A stretch of 64,000 nucleotides of DNA from an uncultured Gammaproteobacteria bacterium. GTDB taxonomy: Bacteria > Patescibacteriota > Microgenomatia > Levybacterales > GWA1-39-11. Below, piece by piece: positions 38,909-48,648 of this stretch. The notes below the pieces were generated by a model. It worked only from the letters and a program-made list of their open reading frames with translations, searched no databases and was not told the DNA's origin. Every line of letters starts with the position of its first letter. The first letter of the stretch is position 1. Location of the stretch: the NCBI GenBank assembly GCA_964511305.1, contig CAZEEU010000003.1, positions 13,410 through 77,409 on the forward strand. Direction: 5' to 3'. The position numbers and the translations under genes are program-made.

Positions 38909-41161
38909 TTATTGAGTTTTAACTTCGATACTGATATTCCCGACATTGAGAGGCACAATTTGAGGCAGAAAGGGAATTGCATTTTCAAATTGAATTGATG
39001 CATCAGAAATACCTGGAGTTTGTTTCAGCTTATCAATTGCTTCTTTTGATCCCTTGCCTGTAACCATACTTGGTACTGAATTTTCATCAAAAGTCGGCTT
39101 AAAAATAGCGTTATACGAGAGCTTTGCTGAAAGATCTTTTCCATCCTGCTTTATATCAGATATCTTTATTGTACTTTCGCTATCGGAAAGCTTAAATTCT
39201 TGAGGAATATCGAATTCATCAGATGAAGAAATAAATTTCAAGAGCTCTTCTTTGTTGTATACACCAAGAGTATAGACAATCGAGGCCACAAGCTTAAGAG
39301 TCTTTGCCGTATCATTTTCTTTCCTATCAAATTTTTTCTCTTTAAAATCAAAAGATAGATACATCGGAACCATAGCATCCTTATCTGATAACGATCCTTC
39401 AGCTTCTCCCTTTGCTTTATCGAAAAGCCTACTTGTGACAGAAGACTCAAGGCTTTGAAGATCTTTCTTTGCAACTACTTGAATCTCCTCTTTTGTACCA
39501 CCTGAAAACGCAGAGTCATTTCTCCCAAAAACATCAGATGTGGCAAGACCTTTTATGGTGAAGTTTGTTTGAGATGGAAGGTTATATTCCTTGCCAAAAC
39601 TTGATGCAGCAACTTTTGCTTGCGCGCTTTGAAATGAAGTGGCAAAGGAACTTGTTGAAGCAATACTCACTGAATCATTGAGAGTAAATTCAAGATTATT
39701 TGACGAAGTGATTGTCGTGCCCTTTTCTATCTGCTTGGGGCTTTCAGTCTTGTTAAAAATTGTAACTGTTCCTGCTGCCTTCTGCCCTGTATCCTTCTTA
39801 CCCGTCGTCTCCTGAGACTGCTCCCCGCTTACTTCTTGCTCAATTGTCGATATCTTAAGAACTTTATCTTCAAAAGAAGAGTCTCCACTTGTACTAAGCG
39901 TTATGTCCATCTGATCCTGCGCAAATTCCTTCTGGTCTGTAAATACAACAACTTTTGCCTTAACAATCACCGAATAGTAGATTACAAGAAAAACAATCAC
40001 AACAACTAACGCAACAAGAGGCACAACAAACTGCTTCCCACTCCCAATCATTTTTGGAATTCTTGATAAAGATTTCGGAGTAAAAAATGATGCCAAGGAC
40101 TCTTTTATCCCTTTTTTCTCAGAATATATCTCGTCTTCCCCTGGTTGATCCTCTTCATACTCACTTTCAGCAATTTCAACTTGCTCAACTCCATGATGCT
40201 TTATAACTGCATGAGGCACTTGGGGCTCTTCACTGAATTCAAAACCTTCTTTTTCTGGAGTTGTTGCAGGAACATCTTGAACCAGAGCGAGGGAGGCAAT
40301 AAGCGCAATATCTTCGTCTTTTAAAAATCCAAATGAATCCCCATCACTCTTCTCGTCAACAAATTCCTCTTCAACATCCTCTTCTTTTGAAGGAATGACC
40401 ATCTCACCGCTTACCGTTACATTTAATTGAGATGCAACGCCAGTAATAATTGCTTGATTCTCAAAACCTTTCTCAAGAATCGCAACTTGGGGCAAGTGCA
40501 TAAATGGGAGCTCTTTCGTCCAGTGATGAGATAAGAATTTCTGCGATACTGCCTCTGCTTCTTTATTGTGTAGTAAAATTATTTTTGGAGGTAGAACATC
40601 AAGCTTCGTCACCTGAGAAAGCAACTTCTCAACAGTTGCTTCAACTCCATCTTCTATAACCCCATGTTTTACATCGATAATATTTCCACCTCTAACAATA
40701 AAAATAGTAAGATATCTATCTGAAAGCTCAACAAAAATTCCGCTGATTGGTGCACCTTCTTTTTTTTGTAAAGCGGCAGTTATTGCCTCAATGGAGACTA
40801 TAAAGCCCATTGGAGTAAGTGCTAACTCTTGGCTAATTTTTTTAAGTTGTGTTAGTCTTTCAGATTTAATTTTCCCTTCTTCTACCCACGAGTAAGGTAC
40901 TGCAAATATTGTCTTTTCCAAGCTTGCCCCCTCAGGAAGACTCATTTCAATGCGCGAGATTACAGTATCGCAAACAACAATAAGATCTTCCGCAGATGCT
41001 CTTTCAAGATCTATCGGAGCTTCATGTGAGGCAAGAATTACGAGAGTCTTTTCTTGTTCTTTAAAAAGAATAGAAGAAATCTTATCTGACTCGAAAATCA
41101 GAGCAAGAAAAAACTCAGTATTAACAGTCTTAGTTAGGAATGGTATGGCAGGAAACTTCAT
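38909..41161 (-). CDS. Membrane protein with C-terminal baseplate-J-like domain
   Basis: Central TM; A.GTVTIFN...GT......F.L...G..YN...FSGG pattern. Confidence 0.65.
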   Translation of the reverse strand: MKFPAIPFLTKTVNTEFFLALIFESDKISSILFKEQEKTLVILASHEAPIDLERASAEDLIVVCDTVISRIEMSLPEGASLEKTIFAVPYSWVEEGKIKSERLTQLKKISQELALTPMGFIVSIEAITAALQKKEGAPISGIFVELSDRYLTIFIVRGGNIIDVKHGVIEDGVEATVEKLLSQVTKLDVLPPKIILLHNKEAEAVSQKFLSHHWTKELPFMHLPQVAILEKGFENQAIITGVASQLNVTVSGEMVIPSKEEDVEEEFVDEKSDGDSFGFLKDEDIALIASLALVQDVPATTPEKEGFEFSEEPQVPHAVIKHHGVEQVEIAESEYEEDQPGEDEIYSEKKGIKESLASFFTPKSLSRIPKMIGSGKQFVVPLVALVVVIVFLVIYYSVIVKAKVVVFTDQKEFAQDQMDITLSTSGDSSFEDKVLKISTIEQEVSGEQSQETTGKKDTGQKAAGTVTIFNKTESPKQIEKGTTITSSNNLEFTLNDSVSIASTSSFATSFQSAQAKVAASSFGKEYNLPSQTNFTIKGLATSDVFGRNDSAFSGGTKEEIQVVAKKDLQSLESSVTSRLFDKAKGEAEGSLSDKDAMVPMYLSFDFKEKKFDRKENDTAKTLKLVASIVYTLGVYNKEELLKFISSSDEFDIPQEFKLSDSESTIKISDIKQDGKDLSAKLSYNAIFKPTFDENSVPSMVTGKGSKEAIDKLKQTPGISDASIQFENAIPFLPQIVPLNVGNISIEVKTQ

Positions 41162-43003
41162 TTAACTCACTTTTACATAAAGGCGCCTTACCCCTTGGGA
41201 AACGCCTTCTTCTTTAAGTATATCAAATGATTGAATCAACCCAGTATGTTCAACGTGAGGACCTCCACAGAATTCAATTGAATACGATTCGTCCCTTTTG
41301 GTGTTAGGATTTGGACCACCTACAAAATAGATTTTTACGTCTTTTGCATACTTATCATTAAATAATCCAATTGCCCCTAGTTCACGGGCCCTTTGAATCG
41401 GCATGATTTCAAAATGTACAGGCAAATCTTCTTTAATTTTTGAAAGCACAATCTCTCTCATTTTTGATAGCTCCTCCTCAGTTACCTTGCGATCGAAAGT
41501 AAAATCAAAACGTACCCGCTCTGGAGTAATATTGCTACCGGTCTGATGTAGAGAATTCCCCAATACGTCTCTTAATGCCTGATGCATAAGATGAGTTGCG
41601 GTATGTCCTTTAACCGTTAATTCTGAGTGATCTGCGAGTCCTCCGGCAAATTTTTGAGACGCACCCTTTCTGGACAATTCTTGATGTGCTTTTATCTTAT
41701 CTGCAAGCTCTTGCTTGTCAAAAGTGTAACCTAGACTTTCAAGTTGAGTTGGACCAAGCCCAAAGGATGTTATTGCACGAAATGCGGTGTCTGCAGAAAT
41801 CATTGTCACACCCATTAGCTCATCTCCAACTGTTACCTCTTCAGATTTTTTTGCTATTTCGCGCTCGATCATTTTCCGTCCTCCGGAAAGGGCTTTTTGA
41901 TACATTTGTTCTTCCTCAAGAATTGAACCTTTTATCATTTCGAATTTTTCCACAAGAATTGGGTCTGTTCCCTTGTATGCATCTACAATTGCTTCTAAAA
42001 TAGGTGAAATATCATTTCCCGAAAGAAGATAAAAATTATCCAAACCACGACGGATTAACCGTCTTAAAATATATCCTTGTTCTTTATTGGAAGGCTTTAC
42101 TCCATTTGACAAAATGAAAATTGAACCCAAGAAATGATCAAGAATAATTCGCATCTCTCGGGCATTTTCCTTATATTTCTTTTCTGTAGCTTTAGCTATA
42201 GCCTCAATAATTGGATAAAATAGGCTTGTTTCAAAAACATCCTGCTTATTCTCGGTGGCAGCCACAAGCCTCTCAAGGCCTCCTCCGAAATCCACATTTT
42301 GTTTTGGAAGCTTTTCAAATCCTTTTTCCGTTCTGATGTACTGCATAAAAACTGAATTGCCAATTTCTAAATATCTTCCGCAGTCACAATTTACATGACA
42401 CTCTTCTCCAAATGCCTTATCATGTGGTGTCTTAAAATCAAAAAAGACCTCTGTGTCAGGACCCCCTGGCTCGCCAATTGGCATTTTGTCTGGAGGTCCA
42501 GACCTGCTCCACCAATTCTTCTTTACGTCATATTCAAAAATTTTGCCTTCCGGATCAATTCCTTTCTTTTCAAATAACCCTTTCCAAATTTCTTTGCTTT
42601 CACTATCTTTGTCGATAGTAGAGTCTCCTGCAAAAACAGTAACATAAAGGTCTTTTGGGTCGAGCTTTAACTCTTCTGTTAAGAATTCGAAAAGCCATGG
42701 GATTTGCTCATCTTTAAAATAATCTCCAAGTGACCAATTACCAAGCATTCTAAAAAATGTTGTATGTCTATTGTCCCCAATTTCATCTATGTCCTGGGCA
42801 CGAAAACTATTCTGAGCATTGACCAATCTTGTCCCTGACGGATGTGGCTCTCCAAGAAGAAATGGCACAAGTGGCTGCATTCCTGAAGAGGTAAATAATG
42901 TGGTCGGATCATTCAATGGTACGAGTGAAGAATTCTCAATTCGTATATGTCCACGCTTTTCAAAAAAAGAGATGTATTTATTAAGAATTTCTGAAGCTGT
43001 CAT
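41162..43003 (-). CDS. alaS: Alanine--tRNA ligase, short form lacking C-Ala
   Basis: DPTTLFT..GMQP, RHTTFFRMLGNWS.GDYFK, HTATH, EFCGGPHV. Confidence 0.97.
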   Translation of the reverse strand: MTASEILNKYISFFEKRGHIRIENSSLVPLNDPTTLFTSSGMQPLVPFLLGEPHPSGTRLVNAQNSFRAQDIDEIGDNRHTTFFRMLGNWSLGDYFKDEQIPWLFEFLTEELKLDPKDLYVTVFAGDSTIDKDSESKEIWKGLFEKKGIDPEGKIFEYDVKKNWWSRSGPPDKMPIGEPGGPDTEVFFDFKTPHDKAFGEECHVNCDCGRYLEIGNSVFMQYIRTEKGFEKLPKQNVDFGGGLERLVAATENKQDVFETSLFYPIIEAIAKATEKKYKENAREMRIILDHFLGSIFILSNGVKPSNKEQGYILRRLIRRGLDNFYLLSGNDISPILEAIVDAYKGTDPILVEKFEMIKGSILEEEQMYQKALSGGRKMIEREIAKKSEEVTVGDELMGVTMISADTAFRAITSFGLGPTQLESLGYTFDKQELADKIKAHQELSRKGASQKFAGGLADHSELTVKGHTATHLMHQALRDVLGNSLHQTGSNITPERVRFDFTFDRKVTEEELSKMREIVLSKIKEDLPVHFEIMPIQRARELGAIGLFNDKYAKDVKIYFVGGPNPNTKRDESYSIEFCGGPHVEHTGLIQSFDILKEEGVSQGVRRLYVKVS

Positions 43004-43049
43004 GTAGTAGGTATTGTAGCAGACTGAGGCAAAAAACTCGAGATGAGTG

Positions 43050-43664
43050 CTATATAAATTCTCTAAGAGGGCATTCTGCGTGCTTGCAAGAAGCTTTGCA
43101 ATACACTCTTCCGTAATAAATCATACCCAGTCCAAATTCGCGCCAATCTTTTTGAGGGACTATTGCCATAAGGTCCTTTTCAATTTTGACGGGATCTTTT
43201 TGACTACTAAGGCCAAATAAATTTGAAAGTCTTCGGACATGAGTGTCGACGACAATACCTTCTGATTTTCCAAATGCCTCCTGAAGGATTACATTGGCTG
43301 TTTTGCGCCCTATAAATGGAAGTGCTATCAATTCCTCCATTGTCTCAGGCAATTTTCCTTTATATTTTTCAGTTACTATTCCTGCTGCCTCCAGGATTGC
43401 TTTCGCTTTCCCTTTGTGGAAATTTATAGATTTTATATCCTGATCAAACTCCTCAAAAGTCACTTTTACATAATCATCTAACTTTTTATATTTTTTAAAA
43501 AGAGTCTCCGTCACTTTATTTACACCTACGTCAGTCTGTTGAGCAGAGAGAGCGACCGCTACATATAATTCCCAAGGATTAGAGTGATTGAGTGGCGTTT
43601 TGGGATTTGGGAATAATTTTTTAAGATTTGTAATTATTCCCTCGATTTTTTTGCTTGTATCCAT
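43050..43664 (-). CDS. nth: Endonuclease III
   Basis: LSAQQTD..VN, LP.IGRKTANV, VDTHV.R. Confidence 0.93.
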   Translation of the reverse strand: MDTSKKIEGIITNLKKLFPNPKTPLNHSNPWELYVAVALSAQQTDVGVNKVTETLFKKYKKLDDYVKVTFEEFDQDIKSINFHKGKAKAILEAAGIVTEKYKGKLPETMEELIALPFIGRKTANVILQEAFGKSEGIVVDTHVRRLSNLFGLSSQKDPVKIEKDLMAIVPQKDWREFGLGMIYYGRVYCKASCKHAECPLREFI

Positions 43665-43680
43665 AACTTAATACTTAATT

Positions 43681-44619
43681 CTAACTATCAATTATATCTG
43701 ACAATACTCTCGCTAGTTTTTCTGAGTCGTGTCTTAAGAATTGTCCATCTCGCAGAAGGTCAGCTCGAACAACATTTTCCTCCCCAAGATTGTCTTCAAC
43801 AAATTCTACATTCTCCTCTTCATATCTTTTAACGATATCTCCAGTTGGTCGATCCGTATTGACCGTTACAACGTCAATTCTTCCTTTTCCAATATGTTCT
43901 TCCATTCTTGCTACGAAATCTAGTGCTTTATATCCGGTTGTTTCTCCAAATTTAGTCATGATATTTACGTTATAGATGACTTTTGCTTTTGAATTTTTAA
44001 TAGCATCTGAAATTCCTGATACGACCAAATTTGGCAAAATGCTTGTGAATACGTCTCCAGGACCTAGGATAATTACATCGGCTTTTTCTATTGCCAAGAT
44101 CGCTTCAGGATTTGCTGTGGCTTCAGGCTCTAAATGCACTTCGCCTATTTTGACCGTCCCATCATGTTTTGGGATATCAATATTTGTCTCACCTTCAATC
44201 TTCGTACCGTTAGTTAAAGTTGCTATAAGCCTAGTTCTGGTAAAAGTTACTGGCAGAACTTGTCCCTTAATATTTAAAATTTCGCCTGCCTCTTTAACAC
44301 CGCTTCCAAAGTCTCCAGTAATTTTCTCAAGTGCCGTAAGTAGGAGATTTCCCAGACTATGTCCTTTCAAAGAAGATTCTTCATCAAAACGAAAGCTAAA
44401 AAGTTCTGACAAAATTTTTCTATTTGAGTCTGAAAGTGCTATGAGAGCACGCCTAATGTCTCCAGGGGGTAGTGTTCCAAATTCTTCTCGAAGAACTCCC
44501 GTAGAGCCTCCGTCATCAGACATACTAACTATTGCCGAAAGAGCGTAAGGGTATTCCCGAAGACCTGATAGAACTGTATAGCCTCCAGTTCCTCCACCAA
44601 TAAAAACTACTCTTTTCAT
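43681..44619 (-). CDS. yvcK: YvcK/UPF0052 family (GlmR-like) protein
   Basis: GGGTG, DDGGSTG.LR, PPGDIR, GHSLGNL, GPG..FTS..PN, RHD. Confidence 0.9.
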   Translation of the reverse strand: MKRVVFIGGGTGGYTVLSGLREYPYALSAIVSMSDDGGSTGVLREEFGTLPPGDIRRALIALSDSNRKILSELFSFRFDEESSLKGHSLGNLLLTALEKITGDFGSGVKEAGEILNIKGQVLPVTFTRTRLIATLTNGTKIEGETNIDIPKHDGTVKIGEVHLEPEATANPEAILAIEKADVIILGPGDVFTSILPNLVVSGISDAIKNSKAKVIYNVNIMTKFGETTGYKALDFVARMEEHIGKGRIDVVTVNTDRPTGDIVKRYEEENVEFVEDNLGEENVVRADLLRDGQFLRHDSEKLARVLSDIIDS

Positions 44620-44681
44620 ATGTGTCGTTTTTTACTTCGTATAAAAACTACTCTTTTCATATGTGTCGTTTTTTACTTCGT
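44600..44681. repeat. Perfect 41-bp tandem duplication spanning the yvcK start
   Basis: ataaaaactactcttttcatatgtgtcgttttttacttcgt at 44600 and 44641. Confidence 0.95.
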
Positions 44682-44730
44682 AGTTTTTTGCTACGCATGG
44701 ATCCTACATTCTTCATATTTTTCTTTGGGA

Positions 44731-45402
44731 TCATCTGCTCAAAAGCTTTATGTAGCCGCCTTTATATTTGGGGTGTTCTTTTTTATAATCATCACCATGT
44801 CCAATATCCTCAACTATAGGAATACCACGACTACAAAGCCCACTCTTTACACATTCGTCAGGAAACCATGTTTCATAAAAAATATCAGCCAGTTTTACAA
44901 ACTTTTTGACATTCATTGCTTCAGCACTTACTCCTTTATTCGCAGCAACTGATCCTACCCCAACTATTTTTCCACCTGCATTATTTACTGTTTCAATTGT
45001 TGCTTTGATTGAAGACATTTGATTAATAATATCTTCCAGTATCAATACTCTTTTGCCTTTTACTGCCTCAGTAAAACCTTGCCTTTCAAAAGCAAAAGTT
45101 TTAACTTCGACTCCCTTTACTTTGTCAGCCCACACCCCTAGAACTTCTTTCTTATTCATCTTTGATAAATGGTATGCACCCCAATGTGAGAAGGGGATAG
45201 CCCCAATTGCAGGAGAAACAACAACTTCAATTTTGTCCTCTTTAAAAGGATTAACTAGTTGTTTTATTAATTTGTTAACCAACAGAACATGAACCATGAG
45301 GGGGTCGATGTTGCAATATCCAGCAAGATGTTTCCCGCTCGTACCAACGAAGTGGCCTTCGTAAATGCATCCAATTTTTTCTAATTCTCTTTTTGCATTC
45401 AT
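44731..45402 (-). CDS. pyrE: Orotate phosphoribosyltransferase
   Basis: GHF..TSGKH...Y, VLILEDII PRPP loop; adjacent to pyrF. Confidence 0.8.
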   Translation of the reverse strand: MNAKRELEKIGCIYEGHFVGTSGKHLAGYCNIDPLMVHVLLVNKLIKQLVNPFKEDKIEVVVSPAIGAIPFSHWGAYHLSKMNKKEVLGVWADKVKGVEVKTFAFERQGFTEAVKGKRVLILEDIINQMSSIKATIETVNNAGGKIVGVGSVAANKGVSAEAMNVKKFVKLADIFYETWFPDECVKSGLCSRGIPIVEDIGHGDDYKKEHPKYKGGYIKLLSR

Positions 45403-45416
45403 CAGAACAGATTATA

Positions 45417-46223
45417 TCACCTTCCTAATACTGTACAAATTTGGTCATGAAGTTTTTGAGTCTCAAACCTTGCTGCATCTGCAAAATCAGATCCACTTGA
45501 AGCAAAAATGATACCTCTCGATGAGCTGATTATGAAGTTTTTTTTCACAGCTTTGACAGTCTCGACAATATCTCCGCCTTGAGCACCGACACCAGGGATT
45601 AATATAGGTATTTCAGCCGATATATTTCTCACTTTCCGAAGCTCTCGGGGATAAGTTGCACCGACAACTAGCCCGACGTTGTCTTTCATATTCCAATGAT
45701 TAGCTACCTGAAATGCTACTTTTTCGTACAGTAAAATGTTGCTTGTCTCTAAGTCCTGAAATTCTCCTGCTCCCGGATTTGAAGTTCTACACAATACAAA
45801 AACGCCTTTTTCGGCATCATTGATAAATGGCTCCAAAGCCTCTTGCCCAAGATAAGGATGAACAGTTATGCAATCCGTCTTGAGATATTCAAAAGCAAAT
45901 TTTTTGTAACCTTCATTCGTATTCCCTATATCTGCTCTTTTCGCATCAAAAATAATAGTAATATCTGGATAATTTTCTGCTATGTATGATGTTGTCTTGA
46001 AAAGTTGCTCAACACCCTTCGCCCCTTCTGCTTCATAGAATGCAGAGTTCGGCTTATATGCGGCAACCAAATCGTAGGTCAGATCAATTATCGCTTTGTT
46101 GAATTTAAAAATCCTATCATCACCGCTAATAGACCCTGGTATCTTTTCAACTACAGGATCGAGACCAACACATACGTATTTTCCCTCTTTCCATTTACCC
46201 TTTAACTTTTCAAGAAATTTCAT
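45417..46223 (-). CDS. pyrF: Orotidine-5'-phosphate decarboxylase
   Basis: CVGLDP, KPNSAFYE, DAKRADIGNT, VVGAT, LIPGVGAQGG, SSRG. Confidence 0.97.
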   Translation of the reverse strand: MKFLEKLKGKWKEGKYVCVGLDPVVEKIPGSISGDDRIFKFNKAIIDLTYDLVAAYKPNSAFYEAEGAKGVEQLFKTTSYIAENYPDITIIFDAKRADIGNTNEGYKKFAFEYLKTDCITVHPYLGQEALEPFINDAEKGVFVLCRTSNPGAGEFQDLETSNILLYEKVAFQVANHWNMKDNVGLVVGATYPRELRKVRNISAEIPILIPGVGAQGGDIVETVKAVKKNFIISSSRGIIFASSGSDFADAARFETQKLHDQICTVLGR

Positions 46224-46231
46224 ATGAATAC

Positions 46232-46253
46232 AAAAAAAACTGCCAATGGCAGC
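46232..46253 (-). terminator. Intrinsic terminator-like hairpin between ytxH-like gene and pyrF
   Basis: GCTGCC-ATT-GGCAG-T8 ending 8 nt before the pyrF ATG. Confidence 0.65.
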
Positions 46254-46279
46254 TTTAACATATATATACCATATCTTTA

Positions 46280-46585
46280 TTAGCTTTTCCTAATTCCCTT
46301 AAATAATCTTCTTCGACGAGATAATAAATCTTCTTTTTCTTGGGTTGGTTTTGCGGCTGAAGATCCTTTTGCAGCTTCCATCTCGCCACTCATAACTTCT
46401 TCCTCTTCGTCATTTAATATTGTTTCGATATCATCAAGGTTGATTGTGTTGCCCACATAATCAAGACCATAGTCAGCTATATCTTTAAGAATTTTGCGTC
46501 CCTTTTTAGTACTAATAAGCGCACCTATAGCGCCTCCAATTATAAGCCCCAACAACAATCCGCTTGGCCCTTTTTTCTCATTCAT
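46280..46585 (-). CDS. YtxH-like protein
   Basis: LLGLIIGGAIGALI...KG...K. Confidence 0.7.
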   Translation of the reverse strand: MNEKKGPSGLLLGLIIGGAIGALISTKKGRKILKDIADYGLDYVGNTINLDDIETILNDEEEEVMSGEMEAAKGSSAAKPTQEKEDLLSRRRRLFKGIRKS

Positions 46586-46586
46586 A

Positions 46587-46850
46587 TTATTCCTTTTTCC
46601 TCCTGAACAAAGATATTACGCTTGCCAAAGAACCGATTGCAGATGCACCACCAAACATATTTGAGAAAGATTCAATTTGGTTAGTAACATTTGAAGAAAT
46701 ATTCTCGGCATTCTCTAGGATGTTATTGGTACGACGTATTGTTTGGCGAAGATCTTTGAGAATATAAAAAACCTGAATACCTAATACAACAAAAAGAATT
46801 GTTAGAAGAACAATAACAAAAAGAAGTACAGCTTGGACAGTATCTATCAT
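46587..46850 (-). CDS. Small TM plus coiled-coil protein (DUF948-like)
   Basis: N-terminal TM, L..LR.T....N.I; upstream of ytxH-like gene. Confidence 0.6.
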   Translation of the reverse strand: MIDTVQAVLLFVIVLLTILFVVLGIQVFYILKDLRQTIRRTNNILENAENISSNVTNQIESFSNMFGGASAIGSLASVISLFRRKKE

Positions 46851-46955
46851 AATTAACAGTCTAACACGTTATCATGTGAAAATTTCAAAATCAATATATA
46901 ACAACTAGTTCAAATCAGTACAAATATAGGTCAACTTCTTGCTATACTTAATGTC

Positions 46956-47861
46956 ATGCAATCTTTGGTTGTTGAAAATCTCACAAAAATGTATGGCAAT
47001 TTTAAAGCCGTTGACTCAATTTCTTTTGACCTTGAAGAGGGTGAAATATTGGGATTTTTGGGCCCAAATGGAGCAGGTAAAACAACTACACTTCAGATGC
47101 TTATTGGCTCCCTTAAACCTACTGACGGAAATATTAAGTATTTTAATAAGTCACTTTTTACACATCGCGAAGAAATCCTTAGTAAAATTAATTACTCAAC
47201 GGCATACACAAGTCTTCCCTGGAACTTATCAGTTGAAGAAAATCTAACATTCCTTTCCTATTTATATTCTGTAAATAATAGAAAAAAACAACTTGAAAAG
47301 ATTGTGGAGACCTTTAAGTTGTCTACACTTATGAAAAGACGGGTTGAGGGTCTTTCTGCAGGACAAAAAACTAGAGTAAATCTTGCAAAATCATTCCTAA
47401 ATTCCCCTAAAGTTCTATTACTGGATGAGCCTACAGCGTCTCTAGATCCTGATATTGCAAAATACATACGGGATTTTATTTTAGAACAAAGAAAAGAAGA
47501 AAAGATCTCCGTAATTTTCACTTCTCATAACATGAAAGAGGTTGAGCAGATATGCGACAGGGTTATTTTTATCAATGGAGGCAAAATAATAGCAAATGAC
47601 ACACCAATTCAATTGGCGCGAAAAATTGATGCTGTAGAAATTGAATTGTTACCGCTGAGTCTATCTGCAATTTCCGAATTCTGTAAAAAGAACAATATCA
47701 CTTTTACAAATGAGAAAAGGTATATAAAAATTTCGACAATCGAAAAAGAAGTCGTTAGAATTCTTCGCAAGCTTTCTGAGGACAATATCGAATATAACGA
47801 GATAAGCATTAACAAACCAACTCTTGAAGACTATTTCCTGAAAGTATCACTTAATAAATAA
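46956..47861 (+). CDS. ABC transporter ATP-binding protein
   Basis: GPNGAGKTT, LSAGQ, LLDEPT, SH. Confidence 0.95.
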   Translation: MQSLVVENLTKMYGNFKAVDSISFDLEEGEILGFLGPNGAGKTTTLQMLIGSLKPTDGNIKYFNKSLFTHREEILSKINYSTAYTSLPWNLSVEENLTFLSYLYSVNNRKKQLEKIVETFKLSTLMKRRVEGLSAGQKTRVNLAKSFLNSPKVLLLDEPTASLDPDIAKYIRDFILEQRKEEKISVIFTSHNMKEVEQICDRVIFINGGKIIANDTPIQLARKIDAVEIELLPLSLSAISEFCKKNNITFTNEKRYIKISTIEKEVVRILRKLSEDNIEYNEISINKPTLEDYFLKVSLNK

Positions 47862-47862
47862 T

Positions 47863-48648
47863 ATGAAATTATCCAGAATCTACGGTATGGTACTTCGACA
47901 CTTCTTTAATTTAAGAAGAAGTTTTGACCGACTCAGTGATGTATTTTATTGGCCAGTTCTTGATATCATCATTTGGGGATTAACAGGCTACTATATAGTA
48001 TCTCTCGCACCAAATTCGTCTCAACAAATCAATGCAATCATTTGCGGTGTACTCTTATGGATTATCCCATGGAGAGCTCAAAATGAAGTCGCTATAAATG
48101 TACTTGCAGAATTGTGGGATAGAAATCTATCCAATATCTTCGTCTCCCCATTAAAATTTTCTGAATGGGTAGTATCACTCTTTATAATGGGTGTTATCAA
48201 AGGCTTAATTAGTCTTGGATTTGCCTCGCTTGTCGCCTTTGCAATGTATAAGGTCAATATTTTTATCTACGGTCCTTATTTGCTGCTCTTTGCTATTGTT
48301 TTGTTTACTTTTGGCTGCACAATTGGACTCCTTGTTGCATCGGTCGTTCTGAAGTTTGGCTCCAGGATCCAAACACTCGCATGGACCGTCCCATGGGCGG
48401 TTGCCCCTTTTTCAGCAATTTATTTCCCCGTCTCAATTCTTCCACAATGGGCACAATCAATCTCTCATGTGCTCCCATCAAGCTACATATATGAGCTGGG
48501 TAGACAACTTATTTTTGAGGGAAAATTTGATTGGAATGCTTATGGAATAAGCTTCGCATTAAGCACAATATACTTTGTGCTCTCGCTTATTCTCTTTCAC
48601 TGGAGCTACAGGAAAGCGCTTGAGAGAGGTCTTCAGAGTATTAATTAG
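47863..48648 (+). CDS. ABC-2 type permease
   Basis: Six TM helices, FP...LP.W; follows the ATPase gene. Confidence 0.9.
   Translation: MKLSRIYGMVLRHFFNLRRSFDRLSDVFYWPVLDIIIWGLTGYYIVSLAPNSSQQINAIICGVLLWIIPWRAQNEVAINVLAELWDRNLSNIFVSPLKFSEWVVSLFIMGVIKGLISLGFASLVAFAMYKVNIFIYGPYLLLFAIVLFTFGCTIGLLVASVVLKFGSRIQTLAWTVPWAVAPFSAIYFPVSILPQWAQSISHVLPSSYIYELGRQLIFEGKFDWNAYGISFALSTIYFVLSLILFHWSYRKALERGLQSIN

Noticed and set aside
38909-41161. Prophage or contractile injection system
   Set aside because: No sheath, tube, terminase or integrase genes; the gene is embedded among housekeeping genes.
41162-43003. alaS as a truncated pseudogene
   Set aside because: Aminoacylation and editing motifs are intact and the stop abuts the next ATG; C-Ala-less AlaRS forms are known.
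44620-44952. Plus-strand ORFs of 110 and 65 aa
   Set aside because: They arise from the 41-bp duplication and the pyrE antisense strand; no protein-like features.
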